DNA from: Octopus vulgaris
Taxonomy: Eukaryota
NCBI GenBank assembly: GCA_951406725.2
Contig: OX597821.1
Span: forward strand, 109,306,001-109,370,000
Length of the DNA: 64,000 nucleotides
Direction: 5' to 3'
Each line of letters begins with the position of its first letter. Within the stretch, counting starts at the first letter, position 1. A program made the position numbers and the translations under genes. Positions 40,895-53,569 of the stretch are shown here, piece after piece. The notes beneath the pieces were generated by a model that did no database searches, was not told the DNA's origin, and worked only from the letters and a program-made list of their open reading frames with translations.

Positions 40895-41256
40895 CTTTCT
40901 TACTATAGGCACAAGGGCTGAAATTTATGGGGAGTGGGGACCAGTCGATTACATGGACCCCATTGTTTAATCGATACTTAATTTAGAAAGGCAAAATCGA
41001 CGGAATTTAGACAGACGAAATACCTATTTCTTTACTACCCACAAGGGGCTAAACATAGAGAGGACAAACAAGGAAAGACAAACGGATTAAGTTGATTATA
41101 TCGACCCCAGTGTTTCTCTGGTACTTTATTTATCGACCCCGAAAGGATGAAAAGCAAAGTCGACCTCGGCGGAATTTGAACTCAGAACGTAACGGCAGAC
41201 GAAATACCGCCAAGCATTTCGCCCGTCGTGCTAACGATTCTGCCAGCTCACCGCCG
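40895..41256 (-). mobile_element. SINE family B copies
   Basis: Reverse complement of the family B core and tail. Confidence 0.8.
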
Positions 41257-42375
41257 CAATAATAATAATAATAATAATGATAATAATAACGCATTGGTTA
41301 ATTTCACTCTTTTATTGCAAGTCAAATAGTTAGTTTATCTAACGATCTGACTAACAAAGGAATACAAATTAACGAGTGCGACGTGCTTATAGATGACATC
41401 ATGACCCTCTCTCTTGAAACAATACCATTTAAATGTTATGGTATTTATTAGTTCTCCGATTCCTTTCAGGAGTGTGCAATAAAAACAATACCAGTTGGGT
41501 AGAAAAAAATGAAGTCATAAATATTATTTTGCGCTGGGAGCTCGATTTTAACCCATATATGCCCATAAAAAAATGTTCACTGTATTTAGATTAAACGTTT
41601 TGGTAAGCTTTCACAATCTGGAAGAGACGGACAGTATGCAACTATTAGCTACGGGTGTCGACTACCTACTGGACATTTTGTATGGTCAGTCAGATGCTTT
41701 CCGGCGAGGTCATGTCCAAACAAGTACGAGCAGGTTTTGCGTTGCGAAAACGCAATCAGGGGTATAAATGGGTTAACCTCGAGCGCGGGCGTGCGGAAGG
41801 CAATCTTTGTACAAATATTTGTTTTATTATTTTTAATATCTGTTTTATTATTTTTTGTACAAATATTGCTGCAGTCACGGTGATGTTGGGTAGAAAGAAT
41901 AGGTGCCTGAGCTATTTGAGATTATCCCAATATTCGAAACCGTTACGGGATGCTTCAGTATTCAAGTTTTGTTTGGTATAGAGGGAAACCTGAATAGTGA
42001 ACGGATAAATATTCAAGTTAAACATCCAAAAGATTTTCAAAGAACTATGAAAACCATTCTGCGAGTTGTGTTGATTGCTGATGCTTACACTGCAGATTCG
42101 TTTGTTGTATCTGTTGTATCTTATTACAACGAAGTCTTTACTTCATGTCGCGAGAAACTTATCCGAGCGAGCAGAATATGGCCAAGAATTGATAATTTAG
42201 CAGCAGGTTGCATTTATTCTTCCCGCCCATTGAATTTTTCATTCTCTAGCTTCTCGATCTCTGGAACTCGTTTCATTACCCTCATCTTATCATCCTATGG
42301 AATTTTGATATTCACTTTTTGTTAATCTACAAATTTGTAGGATCAAGCCTTTTCTTCTTTCAAAGTCCCTTACGC

Positions 42376-42655
42376 CAGCGCTACTCAAACTGGTAGGCCG
42401 CTGACCGGTGCCGGTCTGTCTGCAAGCCATCAGCTGCCGGTACGTGTTAAGTTTCCAAAAAGAAAAAAAAAAACACTATAAATTGCTAATAAAATGCTTA
42501 TGTAATACTGTAGTAATTGTTTACAAAATAAAAAAAGATAAAAAAAATTATATTCACAATATATATATATATATATAGTTTCCCGGTATAAGTTAATATT
42601 ATTAAGAAATATTACCGGTCCCTGGCACATTGGAAGAAAAAACTGCGAGTATGCT
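42376..42655. mobile_element. Probable degenerate hAT MITE
   Basis: Starts CAGCGCTACTCAAACT, has ACCGGT subterminal motifs at both ends and a weak right TIR. Confidence 0.4.
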
Positions 42656-43214
42656 ACATCAGATAATTTGCAAAGTACTGCCTTACGCAATAATGGTCTC
42701 AGACCTTGTCTGGAACAAAGTTGTTTATAAAATAAAAGGATGTTAACTCGTACTATATATATATTTTTTTCTATTCTCAAGAGGTATGGTAAAAGCGTGG
42801 AGACATCATTACTTAAAACAGTTTCTATAAACAAATTTTGAAAATCAAAACCGTCACAGCGCCAAGGAGCGATCGATTACTTCTAAATTATGCCGAGTTT
42901 ATACAAAAACGCTCTCAATTCCCTATTTATAAATATTTTTACTTTTAGAAAAGTTATCTCAAGAAGGCACTCATGCCTGTGTACCTTAATTTTCCATGGA
43001 AGCATGGAAATATGGGCGCTAGAATGACAATCACTTACAGATACCGACCGTGCCTAAAGCGTTTTATAAGCTACCAATAATATAATTTATATTATTATAT
43101 AATTTGAGCTGCTATTGTTTTTCAGCCCCAATCCTCCTCATAATCATAATTATTTTCGAAATTGATTTTTGAAAAATATTTTTTAAAAAAACGAAAAAAA
43201 AAAACCGATTTTTC

Positions 43215-43432
43215 GTGGCCGTTGCCTGTATCGCCTGGCTGGCCCTCGTGCTGGTGGCACGTAAAAACACCCACTACACTCTCAGAGTGCTTGGTGTTAG
43301 GAAGGGCATCCAGCTGTAGAAACTCTGCCAGATCCAAGATTGGAGCCTGGTGCAGCCATCTGGTTCGCCAGTCCTCAGTCAAATCGTCCAACCCATGCCA
43401 GCATGGAAAGCGGACGTTAAATGATGATGATG
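43215..43432 (+). mobile_element. Retroposon 3' part (family D, RTE-type tail)
   Basis: Homologous to 18810-18972; ends CCAACCCATGCCAGCATGGAAAGCGGACGTTAAA(TGA)n. Confidence 0.8.
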
Positions 43433-43510
43433 AATCCAACCAAAAATTTTCATTTTTTGTGACATCTTATTTTTTATTAGGACTAAAAATAAGATGAAAA
43501 CGAAAAGCTA

Positions 43511-43577
43511 AATAAAAACACAAACAAAAGAAGTACATTTTTCAATTAAATTTTAATATCGATGTACACTATTTACA
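43511..43577 (-). terminator. Candidate cleavage/polyadenylation site
   Basis: Minus strand: TGTAAATA (43577-70), TGTACA, ATTAAA (43557-52), then about 20 nt and a U/GU-rich downstream element TTCTTTTGTTTGTGTTTTTATT. Confidence 0.55.
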
Positions 43578-44148
43578 AATTGATTCTTTTTTTTTTAATA
43601 TTTGTATGACTTTTTTTTCATTTTTCGCTTGTGAAAAAATTTACAAAATGTACACATTTGAAAAAAAAAGTATGTATACATATGTATACATATATAATAT
43701 ATAAATGCATATAAACATGTTATATTCCATCCAGCCATTCTCTATCTTTGCACAATACTGGGTGAAGCCTTAGCATCACCCTTGCCGGCTTATCCATGCC
43801 GATATTACATATTATATATGCGACAGATATATGTATTTATATATACAATTCCTTTCATTTTCCCTTTTTTTTTTGTATTATATATATATATTTTTTATTC
43901 CAATAAATTAAATTTTTGTATGTTTTTAATTTTAGATTGTGGAGATTTGATAGTTGGTTGTGTTTTTGTTTGATTTTGTATTTTTATTTCTCTGTATGTG
44001 TTATGTTTGTTTATAATATGGATATTTCAGCATTGTTTTTATATCACTCCCGTTTTTTGTAGTATTTATAGATATTAGTTCAACAAATGTTTAACTTTTT
44101 TCTCATGCCAAGCGATATTAATTAAACCAAATCCTATTTATGATACAT

Positions 44149-44763
44149 AGCCTGTCACAAGTTGCTATACGATAACCAAATCTTACTAATCAATTTCTGA
44201 CAATGTTGTAAAGAACAGGCTGAAAGGCCAATAAGAGAGAAAGTCATTATCAGTTAATGTTGGACCATAACTATCATCAAAATTGCATTTGCCACTGATA
44301 AACAATAGTGCAACCACACCAGAACTGTGGAATTGCAGCCCAGTACAAGTTACAAGGTTGTTTTCGCCAATGTTTCATTTTTATCAGCCGTATCAAGTGT
44401 TTAACTCCATCGACATAAAACTTTGTCTTAATGTTAACCATAACATTATATACTGTAAATGAAATTAAGACGATGAGGTTGAAATCTAGGAATAGTTTGT
44501 TTACTGCAAAGTTTCAGAGGCTACAACTACAGCATAAATCATGCGTTTGTATCAGTTGATAATACCAGAAGGCCTAACAACTACTGCATTGTTGTCTGTG
44601 TGTTAAGCCTCATAAACCATGCAGTCCATTTTATGACCTGATAGCTCGGTCAACATGAAACTTGACGAATACAAAAACATGGATGATGATATCCAACAAA
44701 GACCGGACATAGTAACTGTTGCCACAGCGGTCCAAGATGTAGCATAAATCATGTTTGTATCAA
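44149..44763. other. Unique sequence tiled with imperfect hairpins (candidate structured RNA element)
   Basis: Six consecutive stems found by eye (see findings); no ORF of 60 aa or more and no recognisable TE. Confidence 0.4.
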
Positions 44764-45760
44764 TTGAGGACTCCATCCACATGAAGTGTTTACCTTGTCT
44801 GGAGCTAATTATGCAAATTTAAGATTAGAAATACTAACGTGTGTAAAACAGTATTTCAAAGGAAAGGAAAATAAAGATAATGAAGAGTTTCTCAGAAGAT
44901 TATGTCCTTAGTTTTTTTACTATTCATATCTAGTTGATATTGGCACATCATTCATTTGGTTTCATTAACTTCATAGTATATATTACTGCTTATTAATTAT
45001 TACTGCTAACTCATTCCAACGATCCCACCGCAACGTCACACACTTCGACGAGAAAAGTTAAGGAATTTAAAGTATAGCTGGATTTCTGCAATTTATTAAG
45101 CTAGTATTTTCTGGTGCCATATTTAGCTTGCTTTCTTGTCTCCACCCGCAAGCAAAATTGCACGTTGAAAAAAAAAAGACTCAAGTGTTTGAATGATACA
45201 TTTTACAAAAGGTGTGTGCATTTTTTGATTTTCAAAACTTAAGTTATGTGAATTAAGAAAATGGATTTTGTATTTTTTTGTAAATGAAAAATTCCTTTCA
45301 TTTAATGAATAATCTAAATTGTAATAATTATTTTGTAAAATGTGTTCCAGTTTGTGTGTTTTGCCTATGGTGTATTTATTTATAGAGGCATATTAAAAAA
45401 AAATACCATTAATACTCTACAGGCTGCAACACTGTAGACTTGGTGGGATGTGGTTGGGAAGGTCCGTCAATTTTACATCAGTCAACCTTCGATACCGAAG
45501 TGGTCTACAGCAGGGATTGGAACTCGGTGCAAGGAATGGATACACCTTATAATTGTGCCAATCCACTGACCTTAGAATAAATAATAACTAGTAATAGAAC
45601 AGAGAACAGAGAAAAGGGGAGAGAGAGAGAGAGAGAGAGAGAGAATACTGATTTGTTATTTGATACGGGAAATACTTCAATTGTTATTTTGCCCTAATTG
45701 CCATCACAATTTCACGTATTCTAAGTTTAAAAAAAAAAGAGATAGAAAAACAAGCTTGTT

Positions 45761-46045
45761 TGATTGATTGATAAAGCATTCTGAAATGTTTTCGGCGATG
45801 AACACCACAACACTAAACACACCAGCAGGTGTCTGCTGTGTGTTGTATGTGTATGTGGAAAGATGGTATTAGAACAAGATGGCTTCTACCCCACGCCCTT
45901 TCTTCTCCCCAGCACCAAAGACAAATATCCGCCATTTTATAAATTTTATATGAGGATATTTTTTCTTGTTACCATAGGGATGCGCCACACGTTCTGGTCG
46001 TTGAATGTCAAACTAGGATAGGAAGTGTATGTATGCGCGTGCGTG
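45761..46045. promoter_or_regulatory. Cluster of promoter/enhancer-type motifs
   Basis: TGATTGAT 45761, E-box CAGGTG 45826, YY1-like AAGATGGC 45876 and CCGCCATTTT 45929, KLF/SP CCACGCCC 45891, RFX-like GTTACCATAG 45968, ETS AGGAAGTG 46020. Confidence 0.3.
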
Positions 46046-46183
46046 TGATAGCACATCTAAGTCAGATAACATTTATGAATGAAAACATGAATGAATCTTA
46101 TGCAATGTAAGGTGGTTCGTCTCAAATTGAAAATCCGCCAAAACATCAATTCCAACACGCATATAATATACATACATATATAC

Positions 46184-46226
<43 letters not shown>

Positions 46227-46289
46227 GTGTATGTGTGTGTGTGTGTAAATATATAATACAAACTTATGTCAGTGTTTGTAAATAAAATC

Positions 46290-46373
46290 GCACTGTGTGG
46301 TAAATCATTCTCTTCGTCGCAGTGTGGGGTAAATCAATGTCTCTGTGCTGCACTGTGGTAAATCATTCTGTCA
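46290..46373. promoter_or_regulatory. Triple repeat of GCA(C/G)TG..GGTAAATCA (TGATTTAC on the minus strand) with an adjacent CTGTCA
   Basis: GTAAATCA at 46300, 46329 and 46358 (29-bp spacing); CTGTCA at 46368. The repeat is certain, the regulatory role is inferred. Confidence 0.45.
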
Positions 46374-46800
46374 GGTGGGTTTTTTTTTTTAAGTAAAAAG
46401 ACCGCAAATGATAAAAGTTCTGATAACAAAAAAACATTCTATCTTGTTTTGTCTTTCAAAATAATTATTAAAAAAAAATTTTTTTTTTTGTTCTGTGGCT
46501 ATCTTAAATTTCATAAGAGATTTTTTTATGTTTCGAATCTTAATTTTGATTATTATTTTTCTCTGTAGGTGGGTCAATTTCGTATGTTAAAAATTGGATT
46601 TTCGTTGGATTTCTTTTCGAACAAATCGTCTTTTTTTTTTTCACTCATGTTGCTGTTGCTTTGTTGTAATTAACTATAAATCTTATTCTTGTTTTGATAT
46701 TATTAGAATCCCCATATGTAAAAGGAATTCTTTCTGGGAGTGATGTTCGAATGACGAACAATAATGACGCTAATACCATTTTTGCTGAGTGCTTTGTTTT

Positions 46801-46837
<37 letters not shown>

Positions 46838-47298
46838 TGATGATGAATGCTTGGAGAATGTTCTTGTCTTATTTTCTGTTGTGATTCAGATTTTTTTTGT
46901 CTTTCAAAAAATGTCTTGTAAAAAGAACGAGACGGTGCTAAGACGTTTTAATTTTTTTTTTTTTTTTTCGTCTGCGTCAAATGGCCCTCTTTTTTTTTTT
47001 ACATAAGGGACAGGTGATGGGGAGGGGAGGAAAGATGAATTTTTTTTTTAAATCATATAAGAGAAAGACTGGGAAAGGAAGGGAGAAACAGACAGGAGGA
47101 GGTAGTTGTGTCCCTGAGTGAACTACCTTGCAACGATCGTTAATATCTTTAAATATTTGATCTGATGTTTTGAAATGAATGAGGCAGGAGCCAGGAAGTT
47201 GTGTGTGTGTCTATATATTATATATATATGCTATAATAATATATATATTTTCTCCATTGGTATCTTTCTTCTCAACTGGCACCAACCCGAGACAATTT

Positions 47299-47325
47299 CT
47301 GCAAAGAAAAAGAAAACGAATTATT
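47299..47325 (-). other. Strong candidate 3' splice site
   Basis: Minus strand TTCGTTTTCTTTTTCTTTGCAG|AAATTG; the exon would start at 47298. Confidence 0.5.
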
Positions 47326-47458
47326 GAATATTATTTATATACAAAATAGTCAATATTTTTATTAACTTCATTCAAAGTTACCAATACTTTTAGAATATTT
47401 ATCAGTGCATTGTTTAAACTTTTACGTAAGTGTGTGTGAGTGTTATATACACACACAT

Positions 47459-47524
<66 letters not shown>

Positions 47525-47843
47525 TATACACACATATATATATACAACATGTATATACATATATATACAATATGTATGTATATATGTATATATATTTAAA
47601 CAAAACTCTGATATTTGATATTTTTTGTATTATATTAAAGTATATGATATATATACATACATACATATACATACATATATATATATTACTACACACACAA
47701 ACACGCAGACAAAATTACATAATCATATTTGCCTATATTCACAAAAACTCACACACGAGTACAATCAGATACCCGTAATAGGCTGAGCACGCTATTTCGT
47801 AAAAAAAAAATTTTTTTAACGAGAAATCTGCTGGTGGAATTTT

Positions 47844-47895
<52 letters not shown>

Positions 47896-48201
47896 CCTTT
47901 TAATTTCTACTAGTGAGTACGAGTGAATGTTTATATGCGAGTGTGTGTTCCAATAGTTGAGTATTACAAACACACAAACATATTTTTCGCTTAACATAAA
48001 TATACTAAAAGGCTTGCAAAAACAAAAAAATTTACATGCTTAAATAATCTTTATTTTATGTAACGTATAAAAATGTGGGTGTATAAATGGATATACACCC
48101 ACACCTCTAATTGTCTATTCGAAAACACTGCGGTTTACCCGTGAATATCATTGTGAACTGCGTACAATTAACGCACATCCACAACAATGTATGTATGTAT
48201 G

Positions 48202-48236
<35 letters not shown>

Positions 48237-48357
48237 ATGTGTGTGTCTGTGTGTCTGTATGTGTGTGTCTGTGTGTCTGTGTGTGTGTGTATGTGTATAT
48301 GTGTGTGTATGTGTGTGTATACGCTCACCCGCTAATGACGAGGCTTGTAACATGAAT

Positions 48358-48365
48358 TGACGTCA
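48358..48365. promoter_or_regulatory. Palindromic CRE (TGACGTCA) with a half-site TGACG at 48336
   Basis: Exact motif match in unique sequence; function untested. Confidence 0.3.
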
Positions 48366-48595
48366 CAAGTGCTTCAGCAAAATACAGAATAGATGTTTTT
48401 ACTTATAAGTATTGTACACAACTGATTGTATACACATGTGTGAGGGTGCGTGTGTGTCTATAGACATGTTTTACAAACTATATATTTGTACAAGGCTGAC
48501 GGCCGATCCTCGCTTAACATCTGTGATGGGCTTTTTTTATTCAATTCAATGCGCTAAAAGCAGTAAATTTACTTTTAAATAACAATGGCATGTCG

Positions 48596-49342
48596 TATAT
48601 ATATATATATATATATGTATATGTATATATATATAAGTGTGTGATATATATATATACACACACATACATAACCTTTAAATAACAATGGTTATGTCATATA
48701 TATAAATATATATATTAGATATATATATACAGACATATACATAATTATTTATATATACATATATATATACAGACATATACATAATTATTTATATATACAT
48801 ATATATGTACAGGCATATATATATATACACCTATACATATATATATAGACACATACATATAGACACATACATATATATATATATAGACATATATATATAG
48901 ACACATACATATATATATATAGACATATATATATAGACACATACATATATATATATACAGACATATATATAGACACATACATATATATAGACATATATAT
49001 ATAGACACATACATATATATAGACATATATATATAGACACATACATATATATAGACATATATATATAGACACATACATATATATAGACATATATATATAG
49101 ACACATACATATATATAGACATATATATATAGACACATACATATATACAGACATATATATATAGACACATACATATATATATATATACAGACATATATAT
49201 ATAGACACATACATATATATATATACATATATATAGACATATACATATATATAGACACATACATATATACAGACATATATATATAGACACATACATTTAT
49301 ATAGACATATATATAGAGACATACATTTATATATACATATAG

Positions 49343-49374
<32 letters not shown>

Positions 49375-49630
49375 ATATATACACATACATATATATATAT
49401 ATATACATATATACAGACACATACATATATATATACATATACATATACATATATACAGACACATACATATATATATACATATACATACATATACATATAT
49501 ACATATACATACATATATATATATACATATACATACATATACATACATATATATATATACATATACATACATATACATATATATATATACATATACATAT
49601 ATATTTATATACACGCATACATACATACAT
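48596..49630. repeat. TA-rich minisatellite with (AGACACATACATATATATAGACATATATATAT)-like units
   Basis: Seen directly. Confidence 0.92.
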
Positions 49631-49809
49631 GCTCACCTACCTATTTGTGTGTACGTATACATACTATGCATATCCAACCCATGCCAGCAAGGAGAAACGG
49701 ATGATCGTTACGCACACCCAAACAATTTTTACTATATTCAAAGTATCACCTTCAACCTTCGACATGCAAAATGGGCTTTCAACTTGCTAGAAACCAGCAG
49801 TTTCTCGTG

Positions 49810-49880
<71 letters not shown>

Positions 49881-50925
49881 ACATATGAAAACGAGATCCT
49901 TGAAAATATAAGGAACCCATCCTTACACTGTGATCTTCGATACACTGCTATCTCTGACAGAAAAAGTCGATAATGAGTGAAACGATTTCGATTATAGCTC
50001 TATTTGCTTTGTTAAAAATTGTTTGTCCAGGGGAAAAAACATGTATTTGTCATGGCTAGAAAGCACTCATCATGGATTTTGGCGCAATGCAATAAATGCG
50101 CGAGACAAGAGAGTCATGGCCGGAGCGATTTGGGCCATAAATGCAGAAATAGGCCAGTGCTGGTTTCTGCCTGATTTTAAATGAGAAATTGGTGCGTGCG
50201 ACATGCATACGGGGCAAAGTTTAAAAAACTGAAGGGTAAGAAAAGGTGTACTAAACTTCTGCACCAAATTAGGGATGCACTTAATACGGGTACCCTTTGT
50301 TGAAGGGTAAAAAAAATTGTACTAAAGTTCTGCCCCAAATTAGATATGCGCTTAATACGGTACCCTTTATTCTTATCTCACTCTTTTAATCTTGAATTTT
50401 AACTGAAAAATTGGGCGCATGGGCAACTTATAAAAGGTATAAAGCTAAAAATTTATGGGAGGGTAAATTTTTCTAAGATTAAACATAGCAGAAGATTTTT
50501 GAGGTTTCGAACAAACGGACAGAATCTTAGGCACTAATTAACAGTGTTGTTCGCCAGCACATTTAACACCTCGCCCTATCGTTATTACATTACAAAATCC
50601 TTGGTAATGCATGCTTCCACAGGACCCAACCCAATAAGAGTGGTGAGGTGCACTGCTCCCCAAACCCTTGAAATCACTTTGCTGGTTACTTGCTACAAAT
50701 ATATTTGTGGTACCACTAAGTTTGCTTGCGAGACAGGGGTTGGATATTTTCTCGTCCTCTCTCTCTCTCTCTCTCTCTGGAGTGTATGCACAATCACATA
50801 CACGCGCACTCGCACGGGTACACACGTTTCTGTTTTAAGTTTGTGTGTGTGTGTGTGTGTGTGCCATCACATCGACACATTCAATTTTCTACAAAGCCTT
50901 CATCATCGTTGACCTCGACGTAGCA

Positions 50926-50955
50926 ATATATATATATATATATATATACATATAT

Positions 50956-50997
<42 letters not shown>

Positions 50998-51559
50998 ACA
51001 TACACATACATATACATATATACATATATATATACATATATATATACACATATATATACACATATATATACACATATATATACACATACACAAATATATA
51101 TACACATACACACATATATATACATATACATATACACATATATATACACATACACACATATATATACACATACACATACACATACATATACACATACATA
51201 TACACATACATATACATATATATATACACATACATATACATATATATATACACATACATATACATATATATATACACATACATATACACATACATATACA
51301 TATATATATACACATACATATACACATACATATACATATATATATACACATACATATACACATACATATACATATATATATACACATACATATACATATA
51401 TATATACACATACATATACATATATATATACACATACATATACATATATATATACACATACATATACATATATATATACACATACATATACATATATATA
51501 TACACATACATATACATATATATATACACATACATATACATATACATATACACATATAT

Positions 51560-51594
<35 letters not shown>

Positions 51595-52116
51595 TATACA
51601 CATATAATATACACATACATATACATACACATACATATATATACACATATATATACACATACATATACATACACATACATATATATACACATACATATAT
51701 ATACACATACATATATATATACACATACATATATATATACACATACATATATATACACATACATATATATACACATACATATACATACACATACATATAC
51801 ATATACATATACATACACATACATATACATACACATACATATACATACACATACATATACATACACATACACATACATATACATACACATACATATACAT
51901 ATACATATATATACATATACATATATATACACATACATATATATACACATATATATACACATACATATACATACATATACATACATATACATATATATAC
52001 ACATACATATACATACACATACACATACATATACATATATATACACATACATATACATATATATACACATACATATACATATATATACACATACATATAC
52101 ATATATATACACATAC

Positions 52117-52147
<31 letters not shown>

Positions 52148-52154
52148 CATATAC

Positions 52155-52187
<33 letters not shown>

Positions 52188-52704
52188 CATATACATACAT
52201 ATATATATACATATACACATACATATATACACATACATATACATATATATCCACACACAGGTACATGCACATATCCACACATATACGAATGCACACTTTT
52301 TTAACCAATTTTATGATCAGGATCTTTAGTCTGTTCAGTTGTATAACAAGGAATACTCAGTCCACGGTAAAAAGCAGAGAATATTAAGGCTAAGGCAAAC
52401 ACAGCATTAAATACACAAATATATACATCATACATAATGCACACACACATACCAGGGCTTACACATTTTATTAACCATCAAACAATACCAGTAAGTTGCA
52501 ATTAAACATGTATGCACGTGCGTATGTATGTATACACATACATATACATGTGTATATATATACATATACATGTGTATATATATACATATACATGTGTATA
52601 TATATACATATACATGTGTATATATATATACATATACATGTGTATATATATACATATACATGTGTATATATATACATATACGTGTATATATATACATATA
52701 CGTG

Positions 52705-52735
<31 letters not shown>
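50926..52735. repeat. Long (TA/CA) micro/minisatellite block
   Basis: Seen directly; source of the 460-494 aa YI/VC ORFs. Confidence 0.92.
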
Positions 52736-52947
52736 AAATTTTATATAAAATATAAATAATCATGTAGTTTATATATAAGCACTTCTATACAGGCACTATG
52801 CTTTAAAATATTTCCACATATATACACAAGGTTTTATCATTATTTATCATTAAATAATTTGTTTACACATATATATTTTAATATGCACACAGTAATGTGT
52901 ACGTATATATAATACAGCAATATTACACACTAATGTGGGGGGGGGGG

Positions 52948-53195
52948 CTCGATGGCACACTGGCCTACTAGTTAGGGCGGCGGACTCGGGGATCACAGGA
53001 TCGCGGTTTCGATTCCCAGAGCGGACGTTTGTGTTTATCAAGCGAAAACGCTTAAGTCTCCACGAGGCTCCGGCATTAGGGTGGTAGCGAACCCTGCTTT
53101 GTACTCTTTCACCAAAACGTTCACTCTTTCTCCCTGTTGTTGTAAGTTACCTTTTGTATCTCCTGTAATTTAAGGGGCCAACCCTCGTCGTTGTA
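52948..53195 (+). mobile_element. tRNA(Arg)-like SINE, diverged
   Basis: GTTAGGGCGGCGGACTCG...GGTTTCGATTCCCAGA...CTCCACGAGGCTCCGGC. Confidence 0.8.
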
Positions 53196-53467
53196 ACCGA
53201 GAGATATATTATAGATATAAATAGATAATTTTATACACTCACATTTATGTATGTGTGTGTGTGTGCCTGTATGTGCATTTCTATACATAAAGTACCTAAT
53301 TTGCATACAAGCAAGTTTGTGTGTGTATGTATGTATGTACGATACTATATACATGTAATACATATTATAGAGACAGCTATCATACGCTCACATTTATTTT
53401 ATACACACACACACATCTATATCTATATATACATCTATATCTATATATATACACATATATGTATAAA

Positions 53468-53501
<34 letters not shown>

Positions 53502-53513
53502 CGCATATATATT

Positions 53514-53569
<56 letters not shown>

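Noticed and set aside
41460-42330. Coding-like stretch with 108-aa and 140-aa ORFs
   Set aside because: No recognisable motif; probably an old transposon relic that I cannot classify.
44506-44517. GCAAAGTTTCAG, matching the middle of miR-87
   Set aside because: The seed region differs and the surrounding duplex is too bulged for a canonical pre-miRNA; treated as chance.
44247-44640. Box C/D snoRNA reading on the minus strand (TGATGA...CTGA; CTGA-ATGATTTA-CTGA)
   Set aside because: No canonical terminal box C at a suitable distance, and I recognised no rRNA-complementary guide.
45454-45464. TTGGGAAGGTC resembling RNase P RNA conserved region I
   Set aside because: No complementary CR-V/P4 partner is found downstream.
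50845-52329. Long ORFs (up to 494 aa) rich in YI, HT or CV, and similar ORFs across the window
   Set aside because: They are translations of TA/CA/TG microsatellites, open in several frames on both strands.
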